This document shows positions 40,177 through 49,459 of a stretch of DNA of 64,000 nt, piece by piece. The position numbers and the translations under genes are program-made. This DNA comes from an uncultured Thermoleophilia bacterium (GTDB lineage Bacteria; Actinomycetota; Thermoleophilia; Solirubrobacterales; 70-9). The DNA lies in assembly GCA_963838145.1 (NCBI GenBank), contig CAWIPX010000005.1, positions 18,195 through 82,194 of the forward strand, in the 5' to 3' direction. Within the stretch, counting starts at the first letter, position 1; each line of letters begins with the position of its first letter. The notes under the pieces were generated by a model. The model ran no database searches, was not told the origin of the DNA, and saw nothing but the letters and a program-made list of their open reading frames with translations.

Positions 40177-41437
40177 ACGTCCTCGTCGGCTGCCGCGACG
40201 AGGGATTCGATGTGCTCGAGCTGCTGCTCGACGGCCGTGACCATGCCGTCGAGTGACTCGCGGACCGAGGCGATCGTCTTGCCGGCTCCGGTCAGGGCGC
40301 TTCGGATCTTCTGGGCGTCCTTCAGAGAGGCGACGGCCGACTCGACCGAGTTGCGCACGCCCTCGGCGTCGACGGTCGAGCGAACGTGTCTTGGCCATCC
40401 TGCACGCGAGCGACGGCGAGGCGGTAGGCCGCCTCGAGCTCGATCCCGTCCGGATCATCGCGGTGGACCGCGGCGATCATCTTGTTGCCCTCGTACTCGT
40501 GGAGCGGCTCACGGCCCGACGGGATCTGGTCCTCGCCCGCGACGACGAGAACGGCGAAGTCCGCGGCGCGTCTGTCGAGGGACCCGTTGAGCTCGCGCCA
40601 CGCGCTCTGTTCGAGATCCCCTGCTTGTTCTTGGCCTCGAAGACGATGCGGCCCTGCGCCGGCCCGTCGGCAGGCCGCGATCTCGACGACCGTGTCGCCC
40701 TTCTTGCCGCCGCCCTCGGCCGGCTGGTCGCCGGTGTGGTGGGCGCAGTCGCCGCGCGATGAGGCGATCCGCTCCAGCGCGTCGTGCACCCTTGCCTCGA
40801 ACCCGCGCCCCTTGCGCGTCCCGGCCTCCTCGGCCTCGGCGACGCGGGAGTCGGCCTCCTGGATGCCCTTGAGCTCGACCAGCTCGCGGGTCAGGTCCTC
40901 GATGCGCTGGCGGTTCGCGGCACTGTCCTCGCGCCGGTTCTCATCGAGCTGCTTGAGCGCCCGGACGATCGCGCCCTTGAAATCGGTCAGCGGGTTCGCC
41001 CCGTCCTCGGCCGAGAACTGCTTCATGAGGCCCATCCGCTGCTCTTCCAGCGCGCGGCCGAGCAGCTCGCGGATCTGCTGCTGGACCGACCCCTGGCGCT
41101 CGCCGTCGAAGCTCGACGCGATGCGCTCCGCGAGGCGCTCGTCGCCCGCCTCGACCGACTGCTCGAGGCGCTGCAGCAGCGCGGCGGCCTGGCGCTCGAA
41201 CTCGGTCCGAACGTAGTCGGCCTCGACTTCGGTCCCTTCGCGGTCGAGAACCCTCGCCCCGACCTCGATCGCATCGGTGAGAGTCTGGGCGGGCTCGTGC
41301 CCCGCCTCGGCGCGCTCGCGCACGACGCGCGCGGCGCGCTCGTCGGTGACCGTCAGATGCACGATCTCGATGCTGTCGCCGAGGGCCCGAACCGCGCCCG
41401 CGTCGAGCGGGAGCTGCTGTTTCTCCGAGGCTTCCAT
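40173..41437 (-). CDS. Coiled-coil protein with a C-terminal PD-(D/E)xK-like motif (DUF2130/RmuC-like); at least two frameshifts
   Basis: About 250 aa of E/R/Q/A-rich helix, then KGDTVVEI ... RIVFEAKNKQ ... ADFAVLVVAGEDQIP (frames change near 40650 and 40360). Confidence 0.5.
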
Positions 41438-41443
41438 GAGTAG

Positions 41444-41483
41444 ATGACCAACTGCACATGTCGGTCGCAGCAAAGCTGCGCCT
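41444..41483 (+). promoter_or_regulatory. Copy A of a recurrent 40-nt element (see findings)
   Basis: ATGACCAACTGCACATGTCGGTCGCAGCAAAGCTGCGCCT. 34 of 40 nt match 57341-57380, and 32 of 40 match 60853-60814 (minus strand). Confidence 0.7.
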
Positions 41484-41731
41484 GCGAACACGTGAAGGTA
41501 GTCGCGGGCCCGGACACAAACCTGACGGCGATAGGATGCGGCCCGCTTTCCGACCCAGATGGCTGATCCCAGACCCACGCACACCCGGATGACGCGCCTG
41601 GCGCTTCGCATCCCTTCGTCCTCGCGCTTGCCTTTGCCTCCAGCAAAGGCTGCGCCCTGCGTCCTCGGTCTGCTCGGCCACCCGCGCCACCGGGCGCACG
41701 CGGGTCCGCAACCAACCATCCAAGGAGGACC

Positions 41732-43001
41732 GTGGCCCTAGAAGTCGCCGATGTTTCGAAGCTGGACGTCGAGCCGGGCGAGCTGCCCGAGAAGATGGCT
41801 GCCTGGGTGATACGCCCCGAGCGCGAGGGCGAGCCGATGGACGCCTTCCAGGTGGAGGAGATCGAGGTCCCCGAGCCGGGCGCCTTCGAGGTCATCGTGC
41901 GCGTGATGGCGGCGGGGGTGAACTTCAACAACGTCTGGGCCGCGACCGGAAAGCCGGTCTCGGTCTTCAACTACGGCGACCACCCCGAGTACGGCCACCA
42001 CATCGGCGGCTCCGACGCCTCCGGCGTCGTCTGGAAGGTCGGCGAGGGCGTCACGAAGTGGAAGCCCGGCGACGAGGTCGTCATCCACTGCAACCAGGCC
42101 TCCTACGAGGACGTCGAGGTCCACGGGCTCGACCCGCTCGCGGCGCCGAGCCAGCAGATCTGGGGCTATGAGACGACCTGGGGCTCCTTCGCCCAGTTCA
42201 CGAAGGTCCAGGCGCAGCAGCTGCTCCCCAAGCCCAAGAACCTCTCGTGGGTCGAGTCGTCGGCCTACGGGCTGACCTACTTCACCGCCTACCGGATGCT
42301 GATCGACCGCTGCAAGCTCCAGGCGGGGCACAACGTCCTGATCTGGGGAGCGGCGGGCGGGCTCGGCGTCTTCGCGACCCAGCTCTGCAAGGTCGCGGGC
42401 GCCAACGCGGTCGGCGTCGTGTCCTCGGACGAGAAGGGCAAGCTCGTCGAGAAGCTCGGCGCGGTCGGGTACATCAATCGCAAAGATTTCGGCGACATGA
42501 TGCGCACCGACGCAAACCACCCCGCTGCCGACCCGGCGGCCGACAAGGAGCGCTTCAAGGCATCGCGCGGGCTTCGCCAAGGAGGTCAAGCAGATGCTCG
42601 GCGACGCCCCCGACATCGTCTTCGAGCACGTCGGGCAGGCGACGTTCCCGACCTCGGTCTTCGTCGTCAAGCCGTTCGGCAAGGTCGTGATCTGCGGCGC
42701 GACGTCGGGCTACAACCTCGACTTCGACGTCCGCTACCTGTGGATGCGCCAGAAGGAGATCCTCGGCTCGCACTTCGCCAACGCCTACGAGGCGTGGCGC
42801 GCGAACGAGCTCATGGCCGAGGGGAAGATCCGCCCGGTGCTGTGGCGCGCGATGGGCTTCGACGGCGTCGCCGAGGCGCACCAGCTGCTCAAGGAGAACA
42901 AGCACCTCGGCAAGATCGCGATCATGGTCGGGGCGACCGACGAGGAAGAGGGCAAGACCGAGGACGGCCCCGGCGCGATCCGCGCCGAGGTCGGCGCCTA
43001 G
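41732..43001 (+). CDS. ccr: Crotonyl-CoA carboxylase/reductase; one frameshift at the GGG run 42569-42571
   Basis: AAGGAGG precedes GTG 41732. Motifs: VMAAGVNFNNVWA, IGGSDASGVV, IWGYETTWGSFAQF, IWGAAGGLGVFATQ, CGATSGYNLDFDVRYLWMRQKEILGSHFAN. Confidence 0.88.
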
Positions 43002-43009
43002 GCGGGCGG

Positions 43010-43321
43010 ATGGCCGAGGTCGCCGTCATCGACTGGCGGATCCACCCCTTCCGCGCCGACCGCTGGCTCGAGGCGTGGCGGCCGGCCGCGTCCCGCGCGC
43101 TCGCGTTCGGCGCGAGCGAGTGGGCGCTGACGCGATCGATCGACGACCCACTGCACTTCCGCCAGACGTCGGTGTGGGAGAACCGCGAGGACTTCGAGCG
43201 CTACTGGGCGTCGGACGAGGTCGCGACCGCGCGCGAGCAGGTCATGAACCTCTACAACAAGCCGCTGTTCCCCACCTGGCACACGCTCATCGCAACCGAG
43301 CGGGTGGGAGCGAGCGAGTAG
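43010..43321 (+). CDS. Small ABM-like (ferredoxin-fold) protein
   Basis: Intact 103-codon ORF, 8 nt after ccr. The WENREDFERYWASDE pattern is typical of ABM domains. Confidence 0.55.
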   Translation: MAEVAVIDWRIHPFRADRWLEAWRPAASRALAFGASEWALTRSIDDPLHFRQTSVWENREDFERYWASDEVATAREQVMNLYNKPLFPTWHTLIATERVGASE

Positions 43322-43348
43322 AAGGGGCCCGGGCCTCGGCCGGCGGGC

Positions 43349-44284
43349 TCAGGCCGCGGCCTCTGCCTCGAGCCCGGCCGCGAAGCTGTCAGCGCTCTCG
43401 CGAAGCACCTCGATCATCGCCTCGGTGGCGGCCGAGCGGGCGCCCTTCGAGCGCACCGCGGCCCAGACGCGGCGCTGGAGGGTCTGCGGCGTCGTCGGCT
43501 TGACGACGACCTCCGGGTGCAGGTTCGGCAGCGCGAGGTCGGGCAGCAGCGTCACGCCGAGGCCCGCGGCGACGTAGCCCTGGAGCACGTGGTACTCCTC
43601 GCTCTCGAACGCGATCCGCGGCTCGAAGCCCGCCTCCCTGCAGGCGGCGACGATCCCCTCGGCGCACGAGCTCGGCCGCACGCCGCACAGCCACGGCTCG
43701 TCGGAGAGCTCGGCGATGCGCACCGTGCCCTTCGACGCCAGCCGGTGGTCCTTCGGAAGCGCCAGGTACATCGACTCGGTGAGCAGCAGCACGCGCTCGA
43801 TGTCGCGGTCCTCGTACTCGCGCGCGAGGACCGGATAGTCGAAGACGATCGCGATGTCGATGTCGGCGGCGCGCAGCGACGGAAGCGAGCTCTCGGGCTC
43901 GGCCTCGGTGACCGAAAGGTCCACACCCGGGTGGCGCTTGCTGAACTCGCGCAGGGCGTCCATCAAAAGGCCGCCCGTGGCGCTCGGGAAGCTCGCGATC
44001 CGCACCTCGCCCCCCTCGAGCCCGGCGATCGCGGCGAGGTCGCGCTCCGCCTCCTCGAGGCGGGCGATCGCGGCGTCGCCGTGGTCGATCAGAAGGCGGC
44101 CGGCGTCGGTCGGCTTGGGCCCCTCGGGAGTGCGCTCGAGCAGCTGCAGGCCGACCTCGCGCTCGAGGCCGGCGACCTGCTGGCTGATCGCCGACTGGGA
44201 GAGATACAGGGCGTCCGCGGCGGCGGAGAACGAGCCGCGGCGGGCGACCTCGCCGAGCACCTGGAGGCGGCGCACATCGAGCAT
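43349..44284 (-). CDS. LysR-family transcriptional regulator
   Basis: MLDVRRLQVLGEVARRGSFSAAADALYLSQSAISQQVAGLE is the HTH, followed by a LysR substrate domain. Intact. Confidence 0.9.
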   Translation of the reverse strand: MLDVRRLQVLGEVARRGSFSAAADALYLSQSAISQQVAGLEREVGLQLLERTPEGPKPTDAGRLLIDHGDAAIARLEEAERDLAAIAGLEGGEVRIASFPSATGGLLMDALREFSKRHPGVDLSVTEAEPESSLPSLRAADIDIAIVFDYPVLAREYEDRDIERVLLLTESMYLALPKDHRLASKGTVRIAELSDEPWLCGVRPSSCAEGIVAACREAGFEPRIAFESEEYHVLQGYVAAGLGVTLLPDLALPNLHPEVVVKPTTPQTLQRRVWAAVRSKGARSAATEAMIEVLRESADSFAAGLEAEAAA

Positions 44285-44395
44285 TAGCCCAGCTTATCAC
44301 TCTCTCCATCTATTCATATTGCGCTTATACCTTGGCCGCGAGACCCTGTGGACATCACGAAACGGCGGGCCACACCGTTCACAAGGAGAAGGCCG

Positions 44396-44701
44396 ATGTT
44401 CAACCACACAGACCACACTCAGATCGGACAGAGCCAGAACGGCAACGGGCACGCCGACAGCTCCGGCGTGACGATCCGCGAGCTCGCCGGCGGAGACGAG
44501 AGCTCGCTGCGCGTGCTCGTCGAGCGCGACACCGCGCGAGGCCTGCGAGGCGAGGTCGTGGGTGCCGAGCGCGACGGGCGGCTGTTGGCCGCGATCTCGC
44601 TGACCAGCGGCGACGTCGTGGCCGACCCCTTCCACCCCACCGCCGACCTCGTCGCGCTGCTCCGCGTCCGCGCCGGGCAGATCCTCCCGCCGCCGGCATG
44701 A
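44396..44701 (+). CDS. Hypothetical protein (101 aa), divergent from the LysR gene
   Basis: AAGGAGAAGG precedes ATG 44396. Intact. No family recognised. Confidence 0.5.
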   Translation: MFNHTDHTQIGQSQNGNGHADSSGVTIRELAGGDESSLRVLVERDTARGLRGEVVGAERDGRLLAAISLTSGDVVADPFHPTADLVALLRVRAGQILPPPA

Positions 44702-44784
44702 GCCGTCTGCGGCGGATCAGGCGCCGGCGCAGGCGGTCGCGCGCAGCCCTGGCCGGCTCGCCGCCGGGCGCGGGCGGCCGCCTG

Positions 44785-45075
44785 CTAGTGCTGCTCGAGC
44801 GGCGCCATCGTTAGGCCCGCCGTCTCGAGCTGCTCCCAGTAGTGCTCGGCGGGCTCGCGCGGCCCGGTCCAGACCACCGCCTGGCCCTTGTTGTGGATCT
44901 CGTCGGCGAAGCGATAGCCGCCCTCGACCGAGACGCCGGGGATGACGCGGGCCAGCGTCTGGGCGACGTGGTCGAAGGTGTTGTGATCGTCGTTTCGGAC
45001 GATCACCATCCAGTTTCCACCCAGGCCGCTGCCAGGCCCCCCGGTGCGTGGTCTCTCGACCGTGGTCGTCTCCAT
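44785..45075 (-). CDS. clpS: ATP-dependent Clp protease adaptor ClpS
   Basis: Motifs: WMVIVRNDDHNTFDHVAQTL and FADEIHNKGQAVVWTGPRE. Intact. Confidence 0.9.
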   Translation of the reverse strand: METTTVERPRTGGPGSGLGGNWMVIVRNDDHNTFDHVAQTLARVIPGVSVEGGYRFADEIHNKGQAVVWTGPREPAEHYWEQLETAGLTMAPLEQH

Positions 45076-45214
45076 GGTGTGCGGCGCCGGCCGTCGAGCG
45101 TCGCCAGGACATCATCCTTGACCTCGGCCTCGGTGACGAGCCCGAGCAGGTCGGCGACCGAGGTCTTGCTCGCATGAGCGTCTGCACGAAACGTGACCTG
45201 GCGCGCGAACGCCA

Positions 45215-45220
45215 TAAAAT
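45215..45220 (+). promoter_or_regulatory. -10 hexamer TAAAAT, 7 nt before the ecm ATG (leaderless-type)
   Basis: No SD. The hexamer is AT-rich in a GC-rich context. Confidence 0.5.
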
Positions 45221-45227
45221 CCCCTTC

Positions 45228-47228
45228 ATGAGCGATCACCGCCTGCCCGAGCGGGACCGCCCGTGGGTGATGCGCACCTACGCCGGCCACTCTGACGCGA
45301 GGCGCTCCAACGAGCTCTACCGCCGCAACCTCGCCAAGGGCCAGACCGGGCTCTCGGTCGCATTCGACCTCCCGACGCAGACCGGCTACGACCCCGATCA
45401 CGAGCTCGCGCGCGGCGAGGTCGGGAAGGTCGGGGTCTCGATCGCCCACAAGGGCGACATGCACGCGCTGCTCGACGGGATCCCGCTCGACCAGATGAAC
45501 ACGTCGATGACGATCAACGCGACGGCCGCCTGGCTGCTGGCGCTGTACGTCTCGACCGCGGAGGAGAACGGTGGCGAGCGCACGGAGCTGGCGGGCACGA
45601 CCCAGAACGACATCATCAAGGAGTACCTGTCGCGGGGCACCTATTCGTTCCCGCCCGACGCCTCGATGCGCCTGATCGCCGACACGGTCGCGTTCACCGT
45701 CAACGAGGTCCCGAAGTGGAACCCGATCAACGTCTGCAGCTACCACCTTCAGGAGGCGGGGGCGACGCCGGTTCAGGAGATCGCCTTCACGCTCTCCAAC
45801 GCGATCGCCGTGCTCGACGAGGTCAAGCGCCGCGGCCAGGTCTCCGAGGAGGACTTTCCGCGCGTCTTCGGCCGCATCTCGTTCTTCGTCAACGCCGGCG
45901 TGCGCTTCGTCGAGGAGCACGCAAAGCTGCGCGCGATGGGTCGCCTGTGGGAGGAGCTCGGGCGCGAGCGCTACGGCGTCACCGACCCCAAGTACCTGCG
46001 CTTCCGCTACGGCGTCCAGGTCAACTCGCTCGGCCTGACCGAGTCCCAGCCCGAGAACAACATCCAGCGGATCGTGCTCGAGGCGCTCGCCGTGACAATG
46101 GGCCGCGACGCCCGCGCCCGCGCGATCCAGCTTCCGGCCTGGAATGAGGCGCTCGGCCTGCCGCGGCCGTGGGACCAGCAGTGGAGCCTGCGCATCCAGC
46201 AGGTCCTGGCGCTCGAGACCGACCTGCTCGAGTACCCCGACATCTTCGAGGGCTCGAAGGTGATGGAGGGCCTCGTCGATGAGCTGATCGAGGGCGCCCG
46301 CGCCGAGATGGCGATCGTCGAGGAGAACGGCGGCGCCGTCGAGGCGGTCCCCTACATGAAGGCGCGCCTGGTCGAGTCCAACAGCGAGCGTATGGCGAAG
46401 ATCGAGCGCGGCGACCTGAAGGTCGTGGGCCAGAACTGCTTCACCGAGGCCGAGGAGTCGCCCCTGACGCGCGGTGAGGACGGGGGGATCCTGACCCCGG
46501 ACCCCGAGGTCGAGCGCGAGCGCATCGAGGCGCTCGAGGCCTGGAAGTCCGAGCGCGACGAGTCCGCCGTCGAGGCGGCTCTCGCAAAGCTCGCCGAGGC
46601 GGCGGCCGACGAGTCGGTGAACATCATGCCGGCGACGATCGAGGCCGCGAAGGCGGGCGCGACGACCGGCGAGTGGGCCGGGACGCTGCGCGAGGCCTTC
46701 GGCGACTACCGCGCACCGACCGGCGTCGCGGGCGCCGCCGGCGCGCCCGACGAGGAGCTCCTCGCCCGCACGCGCGAGCGCGTCGACGAGGTCTCCGAGA
46801 AAATCGGCCACCGGCTGCGGATCCTCGTCGGCAAGCCCGGGCTCGACGGGCATTCCAACGGCGCCGAGCAGATCGCGGTGCGGGCCCGCGACGTCGGCAT
46901 GGAGGCGATCTACCAGGGCATCCGGCTGACCCCCGAGCAGATCGCCGCCTCGGCGCTCGAGGAGGACGTCGACGTGATCGGCCTCTCGATCCTGTCGGGC
47001 TCGCACCTGGTGCTCGTCCCCAGGGTCGTCGAGCTGTTGCGCGGCGAGGGCGTCGACGTCCCGGTCGTCGTCGGCGGGATCATCCCCCCCGCCGACGTCC
47101 CGAAGCTCGAGCAGGCCGGGGTCGCGCGGGTCTACACGCCGAAGGACTTCGAGCTCAACCAGATCATGGGCGACATCGTCGAGCTGGTCGCCGAGCGCGC
47201 CAGCGCGGGCTCGCCCGCTCCGGCCTGA
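45228..47228 (+). CDS. ecm: Ethylmalonyl-CoA mutase-type B12-dependent acyl-CoA mutase (fused catalytic and B12-binding domains, MeaA-like)
   Basis: Motifs: RPWVMRTYAGHSDARRSNELYRRNLAKGQTGLSVAFDLPTQTGYD, TSMTINATAAWLLALY, TQNDIIKEYLSRGTY, and the C-terminal KPGLDGHSNGAEQIA B12 motif. Intact 666 codons. Confidence 0.85.
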   Translation: MSDHRLPERDRPWVMRTYAGHSDARRSNELYRRNLAKGQTGLSVAFDLPTQTGYDPDHELARGEVGKVGVSIAHKGDMHALLDGIPLDQMNTSMTINATAAWLLALYVSTAEENGGERTELAGTTQNDIIKEYLSRGTYSFPPDASMRLIADTVAFTVNEVPKWNPINVCSYHLQEAGATPVQEIAFTLSNAIAVLDEVKRRGQVSEEDFPRVFGRISFFVNAGVRFVEEHAKLRAMGRLWEELGRERYGVTDPKYLRFRYGVQVNSLGLTESQPENNIQRIVLEALAVTMGRDARARAIQLPAWNEALGLPRPWDQQWSLRIQQVLALETDLLEYPDIFEGSKVMEGLVDELIEGARAEMAIVEENGGAVEAVPYMKARLVESNSERMAKIERGDLKVVGQNCFTEAEESPLTRGEDGGILTPDPEVERERIEALEAWKSERDESAVEAALAKLAEAAADESVNIMPATIEAAKAGATTGEWAGTLREAFGDYRAPTGVAGAAGAPDEELLARTRERVDEVSEKIGHRLRILVGKPGLDGHSNGAEQIAVRARDVGMEAIYQGIRLTPEQIAASALEEDVDVIGLSILSGSHLVLVPRVVELLRGEGVDVPVVVGGIIPPADVPKLEQAGVARVYTPKDFELNQIMGDIVELVAERASAGSPAPA

Positions 47229-47279
47229 GCGACGCCTGCCAAAAGCCTTCAAGGGGCACATTTGCCCGAGGACGGACGC

Positions 47280-47285
47280 TAGCCT
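47280..47285 (+). promoter_or_regulatory. -10-like TAGCCT, 8 nt before GTG 47294
   Basis: No SD. Confidence 0.35.
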
Positions 47286-47293
47286 GAGAAAGT

Positions 47294-47889
47294 GTGAACG
47301 TGGAGCCCGAGAACGGGGGCACCGCCTGGCTTCGCTGTTATCGCTGCTGGTCTCAGCGCCTCGAGGCCCAGGTCCACTACGACGCGATCCTTCGCATCGA
47401 CCCCGACACCGGGCGCTCGACCGACCGCGTCGAGGAGGTCCAGGAGGTCGTCGTCCAGTGCCTCGACTGCATGCACGACCAGCCGCACCTGTCGATCGAC
47501 GACGGGCGCATCGTCCCCATCGAGGATCGCTGGGAGCGCATGGTCGGCGGGCTGCCGTGGGTCGCCTCGTGCAACGTCACGGTCGACCAGGACCTCGTCG
47601 AGACCTGCTCGGGCCCGAGGCGGCCGACTCGCTGACCTACGGCGCCTTCGGCGAGTCGGGTACGCGCGAGTTCTTCACCCACGTGCGCTTCCACAAGCAC
47701 GACGACGAGCGGATCATCATCCACCTCCTGGTCGAGCTCTACGCCCGCTCCCAGGAGGAGGCCACCGGGGTGCTCGAGGACGCCTCGCGGGGCAGCCTCG
47801 AGATCACCTCGCTGGTCGAGGAGTCGCGGCCGACGGCCCACGCCTCCGGACGAAGCGCACTAACCCCGGCCGGCCACGGCCGGATATAA
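47294..47889 (+). CDS. Hypothetical protein with a CxxC...CxxC pattern; one frameshift near 47610
   Basis: LRCYRCW ... VQCLDCMH in the first part. The second part (FFTHVRFHKHDDERIIIHLLVELY) is in the frame of ORF 47458..47889. Confidence 0.45.
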
Positions 47890-47899
47890 ACCCCCGGCC

Positions 47900-48877
47900 A
47901 TGGCCGGCATCGGAACCTTCATATCCCCGGGAAAGTCGCTCGAGCGCGCGATCACGCGCGCGCGGCTCGCCGACGAGCTCGGGTTCGACTCCGCCTACAC
48001 GACCCACATCGCCGGCCGCGACTCGATGACCGTGCTCGCCGCCTACGCGGTGACGACCAACCGCATCCGCGTCGGCACCGGCGTGCTGCCGATCTTCTCG
48101 CGCACGCCGGTCTCGACGGCGCAGACCGCGGCGACGATCGACGAGCTGTCGGGGGGCCGCATGGTGCTCGGGCTCGGGGTGTCGCACCAGGTGACGGTCG
48201 AGAACTGGTTCGACTCGAAGATCACCAAGCCCGTGAGCCAGATGCGCGAGTACGTCGAGATCGTGCGCGCGATCCTGCGCGGCGACGAGCCGCCAGCCGG
48301 CGAGCACTTCAACACGAAGTTCCAGTTCATGGGCTACGAGGCCCGCGACGAGCTGCCGATCTACGTTGGCGCGCTGTCGCCGAACATGCTCCAGCTCGCG
48401 GGCGAGATCGCCGACGGGGCGATGCTGTGGCTCTGCAACCCCGACTACATCCGCGACGTCGTCGTGCCCGAGGTGACGAAGGGGCGCGAGAAGGCCGGAA
48501 AGACGCTCGAGGGGTTCGACATCGTCGCCGCGGTGCCGTCGGGGATCGCCGAGGACCGAGAGAAGGCCTTCGGCGCGATGCGCCGCGAGCTGCTCACCTA
48601 CTTCTCGCTGCCCTTCTACCGCGCGATGATCGAGCGCTCGGGCTACGAGGCGGACATCAAGGCGTTCGACGAGGCGATGGCGTCGGGCGACGTCGACGCA
48701 GGCCAAGGCGGCGATCTCCGACGACTTCCTCGAGGCGCTCACCGCGATCGGCTCCGAGGACCAGGTTCGCGAGGGCGTCGAGCGCTACCGCGAGGCCGGG
48801 AGCGACCTCGCCCTGCATCGGCGGGATCCCGGGAGCGACTTCGAGGCGACGCTCGGGCCGCCGCCGAGCTGCTCTGA
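47900..48877 (+). CDS. LLM-class (luciferase-like) F420-dependent oxidoreductase; compensating frameshifts near the 3' end
   Basis: Motifs: LADELGFDSAYTTH, RIRVGTGVLPIFSRTP, LSGGRMVLGLGVSH, LSPNMLQLAGEIADGAMLW. TATAAA lies 9 nt before the ATG. Confidence 0.8.
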   Translation: MAGIGTFISPGKSLERAITRARLADELGFDSAYTTHIAGRDSMTVLAAYAVTTNRIRVGTGVLPIFSRTPVSTAQTAATIDELSGGRMVLGLGVSHQVTVENWFDSKITKPVSQMREYVEIVRAILRGDEPPAGEHFNTKFQFMGYEARDELPIYVGALSPNMLQLAGEIADGAMLWLCNPDYIRDVVVPEVTKGREKAGKTLEGFDIVAAVPSGIAEDREKAFGAMRRELLTYFSLPFYRAMIERSGYEADIKAFDEAMASGDVDAGQGGDLRRLPRGAHRDRLRGPGSRGRRALPRGRERPRPASAGSRERLRGDARAAAELL

Positions 48878-48880
48878 GCG

Positions 48881-49415
48881 CTACGCCTGGTCGCCGGCGG
48901 GCTCGCCGGGGTTCTTGCGCGGGACCAGCACCGAGCGCTTGAACTCGGCCACCAGGGTCCCGTCCTGCTTGTAGACGCGCGTGTGGACCTTGACGACGCC
49001 GCGGTCGGGCTTCGACTTCGAGGGGCGCACCTCGAGGACCTCCGACTCGCAGTAGAGCGTGTCGCCGTGGAAGACCGGCGCCGGGTGCGACAGGTCCTCG
49101 GTCGCGAGGTTGGCGATCGCCTTGCCCGACACGTCGCCGACGGTCATCCCGACGGCGAGCGAGTAGACGAGCGGCCCGACGACGACGTTCTGGCCCTGCT
49201 GCGACTCGGCCGCGTAGACGTCGTTGATGTGCAGCGGATGGTGGTTCATCGTGATCAGGCAGAAGAGGTGGTCGTCGGCCTCGGTCACGGTCTTGGCGGG
49301 CCAGTGCAGGTAGGTCGCGCCGACCTCGAACTCCTCGAGGTAGCGCCCGTACTGGCGCGCGCCGGACGCCTCGCGGGCGGCCTGGTCTGTGATCAGCTCG
49401 TGCGTCGTCGCTCAT
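48881..49415 (-). CDS. MaoC-like (R)-specific enoyl-CoA hydratase (single hotdog domain); frameshift just after the start
   Basis: Motifs: ARQYGRYLEEFEVGATYLHWPAKTVTEADDHLFCLITMNHHPLHIN and GDTLYCESEVLEV. Confidence 0.75.
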
Positions 49416-49459
49416 CCGGGCGCGGTGTTTTATCAGGTTCGCATCCGTGTCGCTCGCGA

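Noticed and set aside
41444-41566. Reading the 40-nt element as the start of small Cys-rich leader peptides (MTNCTCRSQQSC.., MTNCTRGSQRSCT-stop, MPNGTCWSRQSR..)
   Set aside because: Differences between copies are mostly non-synonymous, and the lengths are 40, 13 and over 290 codons. The paired A:T to G:C change argues for selection on nucleic-acid pairing rather than on a peptide. No consistent -10 or SD precedes the ATG.
44698-44811. 37-codon Arg-rich ORF (MSRLRRIRRRRRRSRAAL...) overlapping the stop of 44396-44701
   Set aside because: It has an ATGA overlap but extreme composition and poor codon bias. It also overlaps the clpS 3' end on the other strand, so it is probably a GC-driven open frame.
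45170-45227. Possible fourth copy of the 40-nt element upstream of ecm (ATGAGCGTCTGCACG...GCGCGAACGCC)
   Set aside because: Only the first 15 nt match (11 of 15), plus a GCGAAC string. The GGTCGCAGC-N3-GCTGC dyad is missing.
45003-47261. 752-codon ORF on the minus strand
   Set aside because: It is antisense to the intact ecm gene. It shows the same low-complexity composition and has no start context.
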